Source: a candidate division Zixibacteria bacterium SM23_81 | GTDB taxonomy: Bacteria; SM23-81 | Reading direction: 5' to 3' | NCBI GenBank assembly: GCA_001304015.1 | Contig: LJUY01000009.1 | Location: 20,481 to 84,480 of the forward strand | DNA length: 64,000 nucleotides | In this document: in pieces, positions 8,631 to 18,671 of the stretch | Layout of the letters: each line of letters starts with the position of its first letter | How positions within the stretch are numbered: the stretch's first letter is position 1 | The notes under the pieces: model-generated | Told to the model about the DNA's origin: nothing | The model's database searches: none | Seen by the model: only the letters and a program-made list of their open reading frames with translations | Program-made: the position numbers and the translations under genes

Positions 8631-9740
8631 ATGCGTTGCCACAAGATCAAAAAGCTATTGGATCCCTTTCTGGACGGAGAACTTTCCGAGGAAAAGCGAC
8701 AAGAGGTGATCGACCATCTGGAGGGCTGCTCCAGCTGTCGTCAGCGGTTGGAGGCACTTCAGGAGGTGGAGACCCTCAGCCAGCAGCTGACCCAGGCTGA
8801 GCCCGACGAGGCCTACTGGCAGACTTTTCTGCCCCGTCTGCGAGAAAAGATAACCCGAAGCGAGCAAGCGCCAGCGCACAGGAGAATTCGGGAAGCCTTC
8901 GGCGATATTTTGACGCCACCCATTCCCTGGGTGAGAATTGCCAGCGCCGTGGCCACAGCCGTGTTGGTCTTCATCATAGGCCGTGCTGTTTTTCAACATG
9001 AAGCACGCATGAGGCGAATCAGTGCGTTGCCCAAAAAACTGCTCACCGAGCAGGTTCAAACCGCCGAGGAGAACAGAAAGTACCAGGAAGATGGGGCCAA
9101 ACAGCAAGGCAAAAGTGCTCTCAGCACCACCCTCAAGCCTCGTGAAGAGATGGATCAGGAAGAGTCCGAGATGGGAATGGCTCCTGCTCCGGAGGAGAGC
9201 CCAGAAGAAAAGAGAAGTCCGGAACAGTTACCCTCTGAATCCAGGTCAACGCCAGATCAGGAACTGCCCTCGGTATCCGAAGCTGTACCACGAACACAGC
9301 CGACACCAGGGGGTGAGGTTGCGCCCTCAACTCGCCAGGAGCCAACGGAGAGCGCGGACCAGGTAGTACAATTCGAAATACAAGACATGGAGGGAAAGAA
9401 GCGTGATTTTCTCTTTCTGGGCAGAGCTGCTGAGAAAACGTCGGCTGTCACGAGCATGGCCATGGCGGATAAGGATTCCCACGCAGACCATTGGCACCAG
9501 CAGATACAAATTTGGCAAGATTTCATTGAGGCCCATCCCCGCGACGAGCAGCTTGCAGGCGCCTACTTACAACTGGCGGATGGCTGGTATCATTTAGCCC
9601 AACTTTCAACTCTGCATGAGGATCTCCTTCAAGCTGTGGAGGCTCATCGTGCCGCCCTGGACTTCGCCACCGAAACAACCACCAGAAGGCTTTTGCGGAG
9701 CCGTATCCAAGTTCTGGAGAAGATGCTGGAAAAAAAATAG
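8631..9740 (+). CDS. Zinc-binding (ZAS/zf-HC2) transmembrane anti-sigma factor
   Basis: HLEGCSSC (HxxxCxxC), one TM helix, long P/E/S-rich linker, helical C-terminus; follows the ECF gene. Confidence 0.85.
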   Translation: MRCHKIKKLLDPFLDGELSEEKRQEVIDHLEGCSSCRQRLEALQEVETLSQQLTQAEPDEAYWQTFLPRLREKITRSEQAPAHRRIREAFGDILTPPIPWVRIASAVATAVLVFIIGRAVFQHEARMRRISALPKKLLTEQVQTAEENRKYQEDGAKQQGKSALSTTLKPREEMDQEESEMGMAPAPEESPEEKRSPEQLPSESRSTPDQELPSVSEAVPRTQPTPGGEVAPSTRQEPTESADQVVQFEIQDMEGKKRDFLFLGRAAEKTSAVTSMAMADKDSHADHWHQQIQIWQDFIEAHPRDEQLAGAYLQLADGWYHLAQLSTLHEDLLQAVEAHRAALDFATETTTRRLLRSRIQVLEKMLEKK

Positions 9741-9767
9741 GGAATATTTTCTCTCTTGAGGTGTTTA
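9741..9767 (+). promoter_or_regulatory. Putative ECF-dependent promoter of the VIT-VWA gene
   Basis: GGAATA-15 bp-TGTTTA. Confidence 0.5.
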
Positions 9768-9881
9768 TTCGGGTAGAGACCCGGGGCGAAGACAAGCACC
9801 AGGAGAAACCTCAAGCAATTGAGATATGAAACCGTTCTTTCGCCCCACGACCTTTTCTCTCCCCGAAAGGAGGTGGGCAAC

Positions 9882-12044
9882 ATGTTCCGGAAGCTCTCCA
9901 TCACCCTGGCCTTGACCTTGCTATTTCCTGCCTTCGCCCTGGCCGACGGGTTCATCATCCCCATTCCACCCCCCGACGTCCGCAGAGTGCCACCGCTGTC
10001 CATCAAATACCATCGCGTTAACGTGACCATTCGGGACCAGGTGGCCACCACAGAGGTGGACCAGGTTTTCATCAACGACTTCCACAGGGATTTGGAAGGC
10101 ACATACATCTTTCCCGTGCCCGAGGGGGCCAGCATCTCTAAGTTCTCCATGTACGTGGGCGGGGAGGAAATAGAGGGCAAAATTCTGGACAAAGACCAGG
10201 CCCGCCGCATATATGAAGACATCGTCCGCAGGGAGAAAGATCCCGCCATTCTAGAATACGTGGGAAGAGAGATGTTCAAGGTTCGGGTCTATCCCATCCC
10301 GGCCCACGGCGAAAAACGCATTGGCCTGCAGTATTCCGAGGTCTTGAAGCTGGACAGCGGCGTGTGCGTCTATACCTACTCTCTGGATACGGAAAAATTC
10401 TCGGCAAAGCCCATACGGGACGTCTCCGTGACCGTCGACCTGCGATCCCGGACACCTATCAAAACCGTCTACTCTCCCACGCACGAGATTACGGTCAACA
10501 AAAGAGATGACTACCATGCCGAGGTCACTTACGTGGAAGAGAACACAAATCCAGACCGTGATCTGGTGTTGTATTACACCGTCTCCGAGAAGGAACTGGG
10601 ATTAAATCTGTTGGCCTATCGGAAGGGAGATGAGCCCGGTTTCTTCCTGGCCATGGTGTCGCCTCAGGTGGAACTGGCCGGGAAAGAAGTGGGCAAGGAC
10701 ATCTTTTTTCTTATGGATACCTCGGGCAGCATGAAGGGTGAGAAGATAAGCCAGGCCAAGGATGCCCTGAATTTCTGCCTACAGAGCCTGAATCCCGACG
10801 ATCGGTTCAACATCGTGGCCTTCAGCACCAATCTGGAGACACTATCGGAAGATATCCTGGTCGCTGATGCCAAAGAGATCCGGGATGCTCAGAACTTCTT
10901 GAAGGAACTCACAGCATCGGGGGGCACCAATATACACGACGCCCTTCAGGAGGCACTAAAGCAAACAAATTCTCATTCCCGGCCCACTATGATCATCTTA
11001 CTCACCGACGGCCTGCCCACGGTGGGGCTGAAAAACACCGATAAGATTCTCGAGATGACTCGAAGGTCCAACGAGGATCGAGCTCGAATTTTCGTCTTCG
11101 GGGTGGGCTATGATGTCAACACCCACTTCCTGGATCGGCTCTCCACCGAAAACGGAGCCGTCTCGGAATACGTACGACCTGAGGAGAGCATCGAGGTGAA
11201 GGTGTCCCGCTTTTTCGGCAAGGTAGCTAACCCCATACTCACCGACCTGAGCTTGGAATTCGGCTCCATGGCCTCCTCGGAAATCTACCCTGTGAATCTA
11301 CCTGACCTGTTCAAGGGCTCCCAGCTCATCGTCTTGGGTCGATATAAAAAAGTCGGGTCAACGGCAGTGGTCCTGAAGGGTCATTCCTCAGATCGGAAAA
11401 AAAGCTTCACCTATGAGGTGGACGTCCGCTCTGAGGAACGCAATCAATTCATTCCCAGGCTTTGGGCCACCCGCAAAATCGGGTACCTGCTGGATCAGAT
11501 TCGACTCCATGGGCACAATCAAGAGCTGGTCGACGAGATCGTCGAGCTGAGCAAGCGGTATGGCATCATGACCGAATACACCTCTTTTCTGGTGGACGCC
11601 GATATCACCGTTGCCAGAGAAGAGCTTTCCCGGGAGGCCGGCAAACGCATGGCCGACGCTTTTGATAAGAAAACTGGCGCTGGCGCCGTGAGCAGGGCCA
11701 TGGATTTGGGCAGTCTCAAATCGCAGGCCGCTGCCCCCGCCAACGTCTACTTGGATGAGAGAGGCCAGGTCCGCAAGGTTACCGGCGTCAAAACCGTAGG
11801 AGCCAAGACATTTTATCTGAAACAGGGGATATGGACGGACAACGAATACCGCCAAGATCAGACGATCATCGAGGTGAAGCGTTTTAGCGATGCCTATTTT
11901 CAGCTTATCCACCGCTCGGTCGTGATGGGACGATATTTGGCCCTGGGGGATCAGGTCATCGTGAGCCTCAGGGATGGGGCTATCAAAGTCGGCGAGACGG
12001 GAAAGGAAAGCTTCTCAGAGGCTGAGCTTCGGGCGTTGCTATAA
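9882..12044 (+). CDS. Exported VIT + von Willebrand factor A domain protein (inter-alpha-trypsin inhibitor-like)
   Basis: RBS AAGGAGGT before ATG 9882, signal peptide (AFALA), VIT 'EGTYIFPVPEGASISKFSM', MIDAS DTSGSM, LTDGLPT. Confidence 0.9.
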   Translation: MFRKLSITLALTLLFPAFALADGFIIPIPPPDVRRVPPLSIKYHRVNVTIRDQVATTEVDQVFINDFHRDLEGTYIFPVPEGASISKFSMYVGGEEIEGKILDKDQARRIYEDIVRREKDPAILEYVGREMFKVRVYPIPAHGEKRIGLQYSEVLKLDSGVCVYTYSLDTEKFSAKPIRDVSVTVDLRSRTPIKTVYSPTHEITVNKRDDYHAEVTYVEENTNPDRDLVLYYTVSEKELGLNLLAYRKGDEPGFFLAMVSPQVELAGKEVGKDIFFLMDTSGSMKGEKISQAKDALNFCLQSLNPDDRFNIVAFSTNLETLSEDILVADAKEIRDAQNFLKELTASGGTNIHDALQEALKQTNSHSRPTMIILLTDGLPTVGLKNTDKILEMTRRSNEDRARIFVFGVGYDVNTHFLDRLSTENGAVSEYVRPEESIEVKVSRFFGKVANPILTDLSLEFGSMASSEIYPVNLPDLFKGSQLIVLGRYKKVGSTAVVLKGHSSDRKKSFTYEVDVRSEERNQFIPRLWATRKIGYLLDQIRLHGHNQELVDEIVELSKRYGIMTEYTSFLVDADITVAREELSREAGKRMADAFDKKTGAGAVSRAMDLGSLKSQAAAPANVYLDERGQVRKVTGVKTVGAKTFYLKQGIWTDNEYRQDQTIIEVKRFSDAYFQLIHRSVVMGRYLALGDQVIVSLRDGAIKVGETGKESFSEAELRALL

Positions 12045-12070
12045 CACAGCCATGGTCATGGCGAATAGTC

Positions 12071-12097
12071 GAAGGGGCGAGAAATCCTCGCCCCTTC
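12071..12097. repeat. REP-like hairpin / possible terminator
   Basis: gaaggggcgag-aaatc-ctcgccccttc. Confidence 0.5.
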
Positions 12098-12258
12098 CTG
12101 TCGACACAGGTATTCTATGCTCACTTTCGGTGGGAACAGCGTTTCTTTGATCGTTGCTTGGCGAAATGATTTTACAGCCTTTTTAATGGTATTCATTGTC
12201 CCTATGATGTGAGATTTTTTGTATCCGTCTCAAAAATGACGGGAGGTGAAGTTTTAAA

Positions 12259-12720
12259 ATGAGACTATACCTGGTACAACATGGTCAAGCACTTCCCAAA
12301 GAGACCGACCCGGAGCGCCCCCTCAGCGAGCCTGGGCAGGCCGATATCACCCGTTTAGCCAAGTTTTTACAAAATGCAAACGTTCAGGTCTCCAGGGTCA
12401 TCCACAGCGGCAAGAAAAGGGCTCAACAGACGGCCGATCTGCTGACCTCAGCCATCTGTCCGGGAGAGACCACACAGGAAGCCATGGGCCTAAACCCGAA
12501 TGATCCCGTAGAGGAATTTGCCGCAAAAGCAAGTCAGTGGCAAGAAGACACCCTCGTAGTGGGCCATCTACCATTTCTGGCCAAGCTGGTAGATCATCTG
12601 TTGGCCAAAGGTCAAGGAGAGGTGGTCTCATTCCGTCCCGGCACCGTCGTTTGCCTGGAGCGTATCGACCCGCAGGGATGGACCATCGCCTGGATGATCC
12701 GGCCCGAGTTGTTGACATAA
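12259..12720 (+). CDS. sixA: Phosphohistidine phosphatase SixA
   Basis: LYLVQHG, RPLS, HSGKKRAQQTA, VVGHLP. Confidence 0.85.
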   Translation: MRLYLVQHGQALPKETDPERPLSEPGQADITRLAKFLQNANVQVSRVIHSGKKRAQQTADLLTSAICPGETTQEAMGLNPNDPVEEFAAKASQWQEDTLVVGHLPFLAKLVDHLLAKGQGEVVSFRPGTVVCLERIDPQGWTIAWMIRPELLT

Positions 12721-12766
12721 TGTAAAACCATATGGGTGAGGTCCCCTGGCTCATATTTGTTTATTG

Positions 12767-12930
12767 TGGGAGAGGTCTCCTGAACCCGATTCTCCTACAG
12801 GCGCCCCGCCTTTATGAAGAATACGACGTTTAGAACAGACGAGGACGCCTGTTCTGCCGAATACGTTTCTTCAGTTTCACCTGAAGAAAGCCAAGGTTCT
12901 CTTCGGTACTTCAGGCGTCTCGCCTGAAGG
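12767..12930. repeat. Cluster of heterogeneous REP-like hairpins
   Basis: gtgggaga...tctcctac; agaacag..cg...cgcctgttct; tttcttcag...ctgaagaaa; cttcaggcg-tct-cgcctgaag. Confidence 0.5.
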
Positions 12931-13084
12931 CAGTTAGGACGTGCTTAAAAACTGCTCCTACAATGCTCCCCACACGGCATTTTTCCATTTAGAAAACCTC
13001 GGGCCGTCACCTTAACCTTCCCCGACATCCCCTTTTAGATCCCGTTCTCTTCCTCAAAGAAAATTCATATTACATTCTCCCTTT

Positions 13085-13099
13085 TGGCACGATACTTGC
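13085..13099 (+). promoter_or_regulatory. Sigma54 (RpoN) -24/-12 promoter
   Basis: TGGCACG-atac-TTGC matches the consensus with correct spacing, ~115 bp upstream of the CDS at 13214. Confidence 0.7.
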
Positions 13100-13213
13100 G
13101 CTTTCAGTTAAAAAAATGAGCACCCGGAAGCGCCTTGACTTCCCAAAACATCGGCCAGGATCAAAAGACAATTTTCAGAACATCCGTAAAAACCTACGGA
13201 GAAAGGTTCTTTA

Positions 13214-14458
13214 GTGGCCAGGATTAAGACATATCTTCAAGAAAACCTGTTGACGGCGAACCTGCTCAACCGCACGGCAGCGCAAGAGGCAAAATGCGAT
13301 AAATCGGGGGGCCATCCCGTGGCGGAGCTGGACGAGAATCATCTCCTGGAGGCCCTTGCCTGGCTTATGCGGGCCCACAACGCCATGCCCTACGGTGGCC
13401 TGTCTCGCGGCTACAGCTTTGGCTGGAATCCCTACTTTCCCAAAAGAGGCTGGCAACCCGCCCATCCAAAGACAACTGGCGGAGTCATCCCCACTCTTTT
13501 CGACAGCTCCGTTGCCCTTGGGCGAGAAGATCTTCGCCAGACAGCCATTGGCTTGGCCAATTGGCTGGTAAAAATACAGATGCCCAGTGGGGCCATTCGG
13601 GGCGGTGCCCTGGACGAACCTCCATCGTCTGAGATCCTTAATACCGCTCAAGCCATTATCGGATGGACGCGAGCCTTCCAGGAGACGCAAACAGAATGGT
13701 ATGCTGAGGCGGCACGACGTGCCTCCGATTTTCTGCTCCAGCTCCATGATCCAGAGTATCCCAGAGGTTCAGATCCTTCCTTATCAGCTGGAGAGGACAG
13801 CATCGTGTGCCGCTCGAGAGCAGGGTGGGCCCTGATCCAGGTGGGCATTGTCCTGGAGGAGTATCAGTATTGTGCTGCTGGCGACAAGGATGTGCTCCTC
13901 TGCCTCCAGCGCCAACAGCCCAACGGCTGGTTTGGGGACAGTCAGCCAAATGCCTCCGACTCCTCCCTTGTCCAGACCATCGCTCATTGTCTGGAGGGAA
14001 TACTGCAGTCGTCCCTGATTCTGGACAACAAGAGGTATTTCAACTCGGCCAAAAAAACGGCCGATGCCCTGCTAAGTCTCATCCGTGACGACGGTAGCCT
14101 GAGCGGACTTTTCACCAGCGACTGGACTCCTCAGGCTTCCTGGAGTTGTCTCCTGGGAGACGCCTTAATGGCCAGCATCTGGCTCAAACTACATGGGCTT
14201 ACGGGAAACAAGACATATCTGAAGGCAGCTCACCGTATGATCGTTTTTCTAAAAAAGACACAGAACTGCACGACCACACATCCGGGCCTTCGTGGAGGCA
14301 TCAAGGGATCCTTCCCGTGTGATGGCGAATTTGGTCGGTACCAAACCCTAAGTGCTGGCTCCAAATACTTCATCGACTCCCTGCTCTCGCTGGCACAAGT
14401 CTTACAGGCCCAACCACCAGCTTCATCTCTGCCCGTCTCTTCTCGCTCGTCTCGATAA
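13214..14458 (+). CDS. Alpha/alpha-toroid protein (prenyltransferase/squalene-cyclase-repeat-like)
   Basis: QW-like repeats (WLVKIQMPSGA, LQRQQPNGW, IRDDGSL), GGIKGSFP. Confidence 0.65.
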   Translation: MARIKTYLQENLLTANLLNRTAAQEAKCDKSGGHPVAELDENHLLEALAWLMRAHNAMPYGGLSRGYSFGWNPYFPKRGWQPAHPKTTGGVIPTLFDSSVALGREDLRQTAIGLANWLVKIQMPSGAIRGGALDEPPSSEILNTAQAIIGWTRAFQETQTEWYAEAARRASDFLLQLHDPEYPRGSDPSLSAGEDSIVCRSRAGWALIQVGIVLEEYQYCAAGDKDVLLCLQRQQPNGWFGDSQPNASDSSLVQTIAHCLEGILQSSLILDNKRYFNSAKKTADALLSLIRDDGSLSGLFTSDWTPQASWSCLLGDALMASIWLKLHGLTGNKTYLKAAHRMIVFLKKTQNCTTTHPGLRGGIKGSFPCDGEFGRYQTLSAGSKYFIDSLLSLAQVLQAQPPASSLPVSSRSSR

Positions 14459-14527
14459 TCCGCTTTGCTGAGACGACCTCTCCCCCTGGTATCATCATAT
14501 GAAATCCCCTCCCTGACTACATTTTTT

Positions 14528-14556
14528 TTGACATCAAACTGAAACTTAATTATATT
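14528..14556 (+). promoter_or_regulatory. Sigma70-type promoter
   Basis: TTGACA-17 bp-TATATT. Confidence 0.55.
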
Positions 14557-14743
14557 CCCTTCAAGCCCGCTTGCATATCACCATCGCGAATATTTTACAG
14601 AACCTGGGCAGATACATTCTACCGAATCAGAGGATATCTTTGGTATTTTCATCGTATCTCTTCCAGCCCTAAGCATTAAGAGACTGCACGGACTAGGCCT
14701 GTGGTGAAATTGTGGCCATATTCCTGAGCTGAAAGGAGGGAAA

Positions 14744-15454
14744 ATGCCAAGTGAAACGGGACACGGGACTCATCGTTGGGGCATAGGTGTCCTCCTAACC
14801 GTCATCGGATTGTTAATTCTCCTGTCCAACCTAGATGTCTTGGACCTAGGACCCTTTTTGAGCCGTTGGTGGCCCCTGCTCATCGTGCTCCTGGGGCTCT
14901 GGAAGCTGGTGGTGTGGGGTGCGGCAAGTCTAGGCTCAGCCCTCCTGCTGATTATCATCGGAATTTTGTGTCAGCTGGCCACACTAGGAGTCATCACGTG
15001 GGGTGCCATCTTCCGCCTCTGGCCCGTCCTTTTAATCGCCATTGGGAGCTGGATGCTACTGCGTCCGACACGTCATTGGACTGAGAAATACCGTGTTGTC
15101 GGGCCGGGCAATGTCGATTTCTTGGACGCATGGGCTCTCTTCGGCGGGGCTGACCGACAAGTCACCTCCCAACAGTTTAAGGGCGGCAACGCCACCGCTT
15201 TCTTCGGTGGCATCGACATCGACCTGCGTCAGGCCCAAATGGCCGAGGGAGAACATTCATTACACCTCACAGCTCTCTGTGGAGGTGTGGATGTCTTTGT
15301 CCCTCAGAACTGGGATGTCACCGTGACGGGGACCCCCATCTTCGGCAGTTTGGAGGACAAACGCCAAAAAACCCATGTGGCAGAGGAGTCCACAAGAGGA
15401 TTGTTGCACATCAGTGCTTTCGTCGTGTTCGGGGGCATCGAAGTGAAAAACTAG
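14744..15454 (+). CDS. LiaF-like cell-envelope stress membrane protein (DUF5668 + DUF2154)
   Basis: Four TM helices with WP motifs; C-terminal 'FGGIDIDLRQA...FGGIEVKN'. Confidence 0.8.
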   Translation: MPSETGHGTHRWGIGVLLTVIGLLILLSNLDVLDLGPFLSRWWPLLIVLLGLWKLVVWGAASLGSALLLIIIGILCQLATLGVITWGAIFRLWPVLLIAIGSWMLLRPTRHWTEKYRVVGPGNVDFLDAWALFGGADRQVTSQQFKGGNATAFFGGIDIDLRQAQMAEGEHSLHLTALCGGVDVFVPQNWDVTVTGTPIFGSLEDKRQKTHVAEESTRGLLHISAFVVFGGIEVKN

Positions 15455-15544
15455 CCCAAAAATGAGAAGATTGAACCTAGGAGCCCTCCCGTCCCAATCA
15501 CGATCCTTAACTCCTCTATGCATCAAGGGAAGGTCAACTTTTGC

Positions 15545-15573
15545 TTGCTTTAGCGTACGTTGAGCTGTATAAT
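15545..15573 (+). promoter_or_regulatory. Sigma70-type promoter at the left edge of the low-GC island
   Basis: TTGCTT-17 bp-TATAAT. Confidence 0.55.
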
Positions 15574-15723
15574 GAAATGACTTAAGAAAAAATGTCCTAG
15601 GAGCCCTAATGAGAGATTATGGGGCGGCTTTCAAAAGTGCCGATGCTTCAAAAACAAAGGCAAAATGGCACGCTCTCTTCAGGGGAAGAGCGCGAAACTT
15701 AGCATATTATCAAGGAGAAAACA

Positions 15724-16683
15724 GTGGCTACAAAAGGCAAAACAATTTTTATCACCGGTGGAGCAGGTTTTATTGGCACCGCTGTAGCAAAGAGATTAGT
15801 TGCTGATAACAAGATAGTAATTTATGATAATTTCCATAGAAATTCTTTAAGCGGTAGCGACTTAGAAGATCATGCAAATGTCAGGGTAATTAAGGGTAGC
15901 GTTTTGGATCTTGGAAAATTAAAGGAGAGTATTAAAAAGTCCCATATCGTGGTTCATATGGCTGCGATTGCAGGTATTGATACCGTTATCAAGAGTCCTG
16001 TGACTACAATGAAAGTAAACATGATAGGAACTTACAATCTTTTGGAAGCGACGATGACTCTCACTAAAGTTGACAGGGTTCTTTATTTCTCTACGAGCGA
16101 AGTTTTTGGCTCCTATGCATACAAATTAGAAGAGAGGGAACCTACACATCTTCGACCCGTAGGTGAAGCAAGATGGGTTTATGCTACCAGCAAACTTGCG
16201 GGAGAACATCTTATTCACAGCTATTATACAGAACTTGGGTTGCCTGTAACCTCTGTCCGGCCTTTTAACATTTATGGACCAGGGCAGGTGGGTGAAGGGG
16301 CTATTCATGTTTTTATTAAGAAAGCGATTAACGACCAAGCCATAGAAATCCATGGGGATGGTGACCAGATACGTTCTTGGTGTTATATTGATGATATGGT
16401 AGATGCAATTTTGCTTTGCTTAACTAAAGATGAGGCAATCGGAGAGATATTTAATATAGGAAATCCAAGGGGAACTATTACAATTCTAAGTTTAGCGGAA
16501 AAAATAAAGCACTTGGCCAATTCTAAATCTAAAATAGCGCATGTTCCAAAAAATTACGTAGATGTGGAACTTCGTGTCCCAAGTATTGAAAAAGCAAAAA
16601 CGGTCCTTGGATTTAAGCCAAAAGTTGATCTTGAGGAAGGAATAAAAAGAACTATAGAATGGTACAGGAGAAACCGCAAGTGA
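15724..16683 (+). CDS. NAD-dependent nucleotide-sugar epimerase/dehydratase (extended SDR)
   Basis: TGGAGFIG, STSEV, YATSK, RPFNIYGP. Confidence 0.9.
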   Translation: MATKGKTIFITGGAGFIGTAVAKRLVADNKIVIYDNFHRNSLSGSDLEDHANVRVIKGSVLDLGKLKESIKKSHIVVHMAAIAGIDTVIKSPVTTMKVNMIGTYNLLEATMTLTKVDRVLYFSTSEVFGSYAYKLEEREPTHLRPVGEARWVYATSKLAGEHLIHSYYTELGLPVTSVRPFNIYGPGQVGEGAIHVFIKKAINDQAIEIHGDGDQIRSWCYIDDMVDAILLCLTKDEAIGEIFNIGNPRGTITILSLAEKIKHLANSKSKIAHVPKNYVDVELRVPSIEKAKTVLGFKPKVDLEEGIKRTIEWYRRNRK

Positions 16684-17789
16684 TCAGATTGGCGCGGCCC
16701 CAAATAGGTCAGGAAGAGATAAAGGAAGTCAGTAAGGTATTGGGATCTGGGTTTTTAGTTCAGGGTAAAAATGTAGAGAAATTTGAGACAAAGGTTGCTG
16801 AGTATCTAAAAGTAAAATATGCTATTGCTGTTAGCTCCGGAACGGCTGCTTTGCACCTATCTCTCATGGCTTTGGGAATAAAGGAAGGGGACGAAGTCAT
16901 ACTACCTGATTTTACTTTTCCTGCAACTGGCAATGTAGTTGCCTTAGTGGGCGCTAAACCCATTTTAGTGGATATCGATTTAAAGACCTACAATATTGAT
17001 CCCACAAAAATAGAGGAAAACATTACGCCCCAGACAAAAGCCGTTATTCCAGTTCACGAATTTGGACAGGCGGCCGATATAGATTCAATATTAGCAATAG
17101 CGGGAAAATATGATTTATCTACCATTGAGGACGCTGCTTGTGCTTTGGGTGCAGAATCCAAAGGTAGAAAGTGCGGAACTTTGGGAGATATTGGATGCTT
17201 TAGTTTTCACCCAAGGAAAGCAATTACTACCGGAGAGGGCGGGATGGTCGTCACTAATAGTAAACAGCTAGCAGAAAAGGCAAGGGCACTACGAAATCAT
17301 GGAATGGCGATTAAAGAGGGAAGAAACAGCTTTGAATATGCAGGATTTAATTATCGAATGACCGATTTTCAGGGAGCGATGGGTTGGATTCAAATTAAGA
17401 AGCTGGATGAAATAATTGAAAAAAGAAGAGCTCTAGCAAGCTCATATAATGCTCTGTTGAAAGATCTTAAGGAGATACAGACTCCATTTGAAAAAGCTGG
17501 TAACAAACATATTTATCAATCTTATGTAGTTCTATTGAATAAACAAATAAAAAGAGACAACATCATTAGAAAGCTAAGAGAAAGAGGAATAGAAACAACT
17601 ATTGGAACTTACTGTCTTCATTGTCAGCCTTTTTATAGGAAGAACTATAGCTATAGAGATGGCCAGTTTAAGAATTCCTCTACAGCTTTCAAACAAAGTC
17701 TGTGTTTACCTCTCCATATAAAATTGAAGCCAGTAGATGCAAGGAAGGTTAAAGATCTGCTGTTAAAAACTATATGTATGGGAATGTGA
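16680..17789 (+). CDS. DegT/DnrJ/EryC1/StrS PLP-dependent sugar aminotransferase
   Basis: SSGTAALHL, EDAACALG, FSFHPRKAITTGEGG; GTG start overlaps the upstream stop. Confidence 0.92.
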   Translation: MIRLARPQIGQEEIKEVSKVLGSGFLVQGKNVEKFETKVAEYLKVKYAIAVSSGTAALHLSLMALGIKEGDEVILPDFTFPATGNVVALVGAKPILVDIDLKTYNIDPTKIEENITPQTKAVIPVHEFGQAADIDSILAIAGKYDLSTIEDAACALGAESKGRKCGTLGDIGCFSFHPRKAITTGEGGMVVTNSKQLAEKARALRNHGMAIKEGRNSFEYAGFNYRMTDFQGAMGWIQIKKLDEIIEKRRALASSYNALLKDLKEIQTPFEKAGNKHIYQSYVVLLNKQIKRDNIIRKLRERGIETTIGTYCLHCQPFYRKNYSYRDGQFKNSSTAFKQSLCLPLHIKLKPVDARKVKDLLLKTICMGM

Positions 17790-18032
17790 AGAGCTATTAA
17801 GATTCTTTATGGGTTAGGCTGCTTCCGGGCCAATGTTTCTGCAAAAACTTCGATCAATTGTTTTACAGCAGGTTATGAGATCTACAACGAGAAGTCTATT
17901 GGGACTACTCAGGTTTAAGTATCAAAATTTCTCCTTTTAAAAGCTGCTCAGATGGTCAATTTTGCAGAAGCTGAAGTTATAGGACGTTAGACCGAGATAA
18001 TTGTGAGCAACTATTAAATTCAGGGACAGGAA

Positions 18033-18668
18033 ATGAAGGATAAAATCCTTATATATGGTGCCGGTGGGCATGCCAAAGTTGTTATAGACGCAATTGAGAA
18101 AGAACAAAAATATAAAATTATGGCCATTGTAGATGATAACAGTAAGCTCCATGGTAAGAATTATTGCGGATACCCAGTAATTGGCGGTTTGAGCAAATTA
18201 GTCGAAGGGAAATTTAGCGATTTTAAGATAATCATTGCCATTACTGATGGCAAAGTATCTAGCAAATTATACCGTCAAATTAAATCGTTGGGATATAAAC
18301 TTGGCATAGTTATTCATCCCTCGGCTGTTGTTGCCCGGGATGTCTTAATAGGCCCAGGAACTATGGTTATGGCAAATGCTGTGATAAATTCTAATGCGAA
18401 AATTGGAACAAATGTTGTCATTAATACCGGTGCTATCGTTGAACATGACTGTGAAATAGGTGATTTTGTTCACATCGCTCCTGGTGCTCATTTAGCGGGA
18501 GCTGTTAAAATAGGTGAAGCCTCTATGGTCGGTTTGGGTGCAACTGTTATAGAGTCCAGACAGATTGGAGAGAATTCGATCATAGGTGCTGGAACAGTTG
18601 TCATTAATGATATTCCTAATAACGTTTCTGCTGTCGGCGTTCCAGCTAGAATAATGAAGCGGAGCTAA
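18033..18668 (+). CDS. Sugar N-/O-acetyltransferase, PglD/NeuD family
   Basis: YGAGGHAKVV, IHPSA, VEHDC, GVPAR; hexapeptide repeats. Confidence 0.9.
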   Translation: MKDKILIYGAGGHAKVVIDAIEKEQKYKIMAIVDDNSKLHGKNYCGYPVIGGLSKLVEGKFSDFKIIIAITDGKVSSKLYRQIKSLGYKLGIVIHPSAVVARDVLIGPGTMVMANAVINSNAKIGTNVVINTGAIVEHDCEIGDFVHIAPGAHLAGAVKIGEASMVGLGATVIESRQIGENSIIGAGTVVINDIPNNVSAVGVPARIMKRS

Positions 18669-18671
18669 CAC

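Noticed and set aside
12259-12720. SixA QHG instead of RHG as an inactive enzyme
   Set aside because: The catalytic His and other motifs are intact; I recall QHG as a common SixA variant
14631-14660. Third ECF promoter upstream of the LiaF-like gene (GGATAT...CGTATC)
   Set aside because: Only partly matches the duplicated motif, and a good sigma70 promoter already lies upstream
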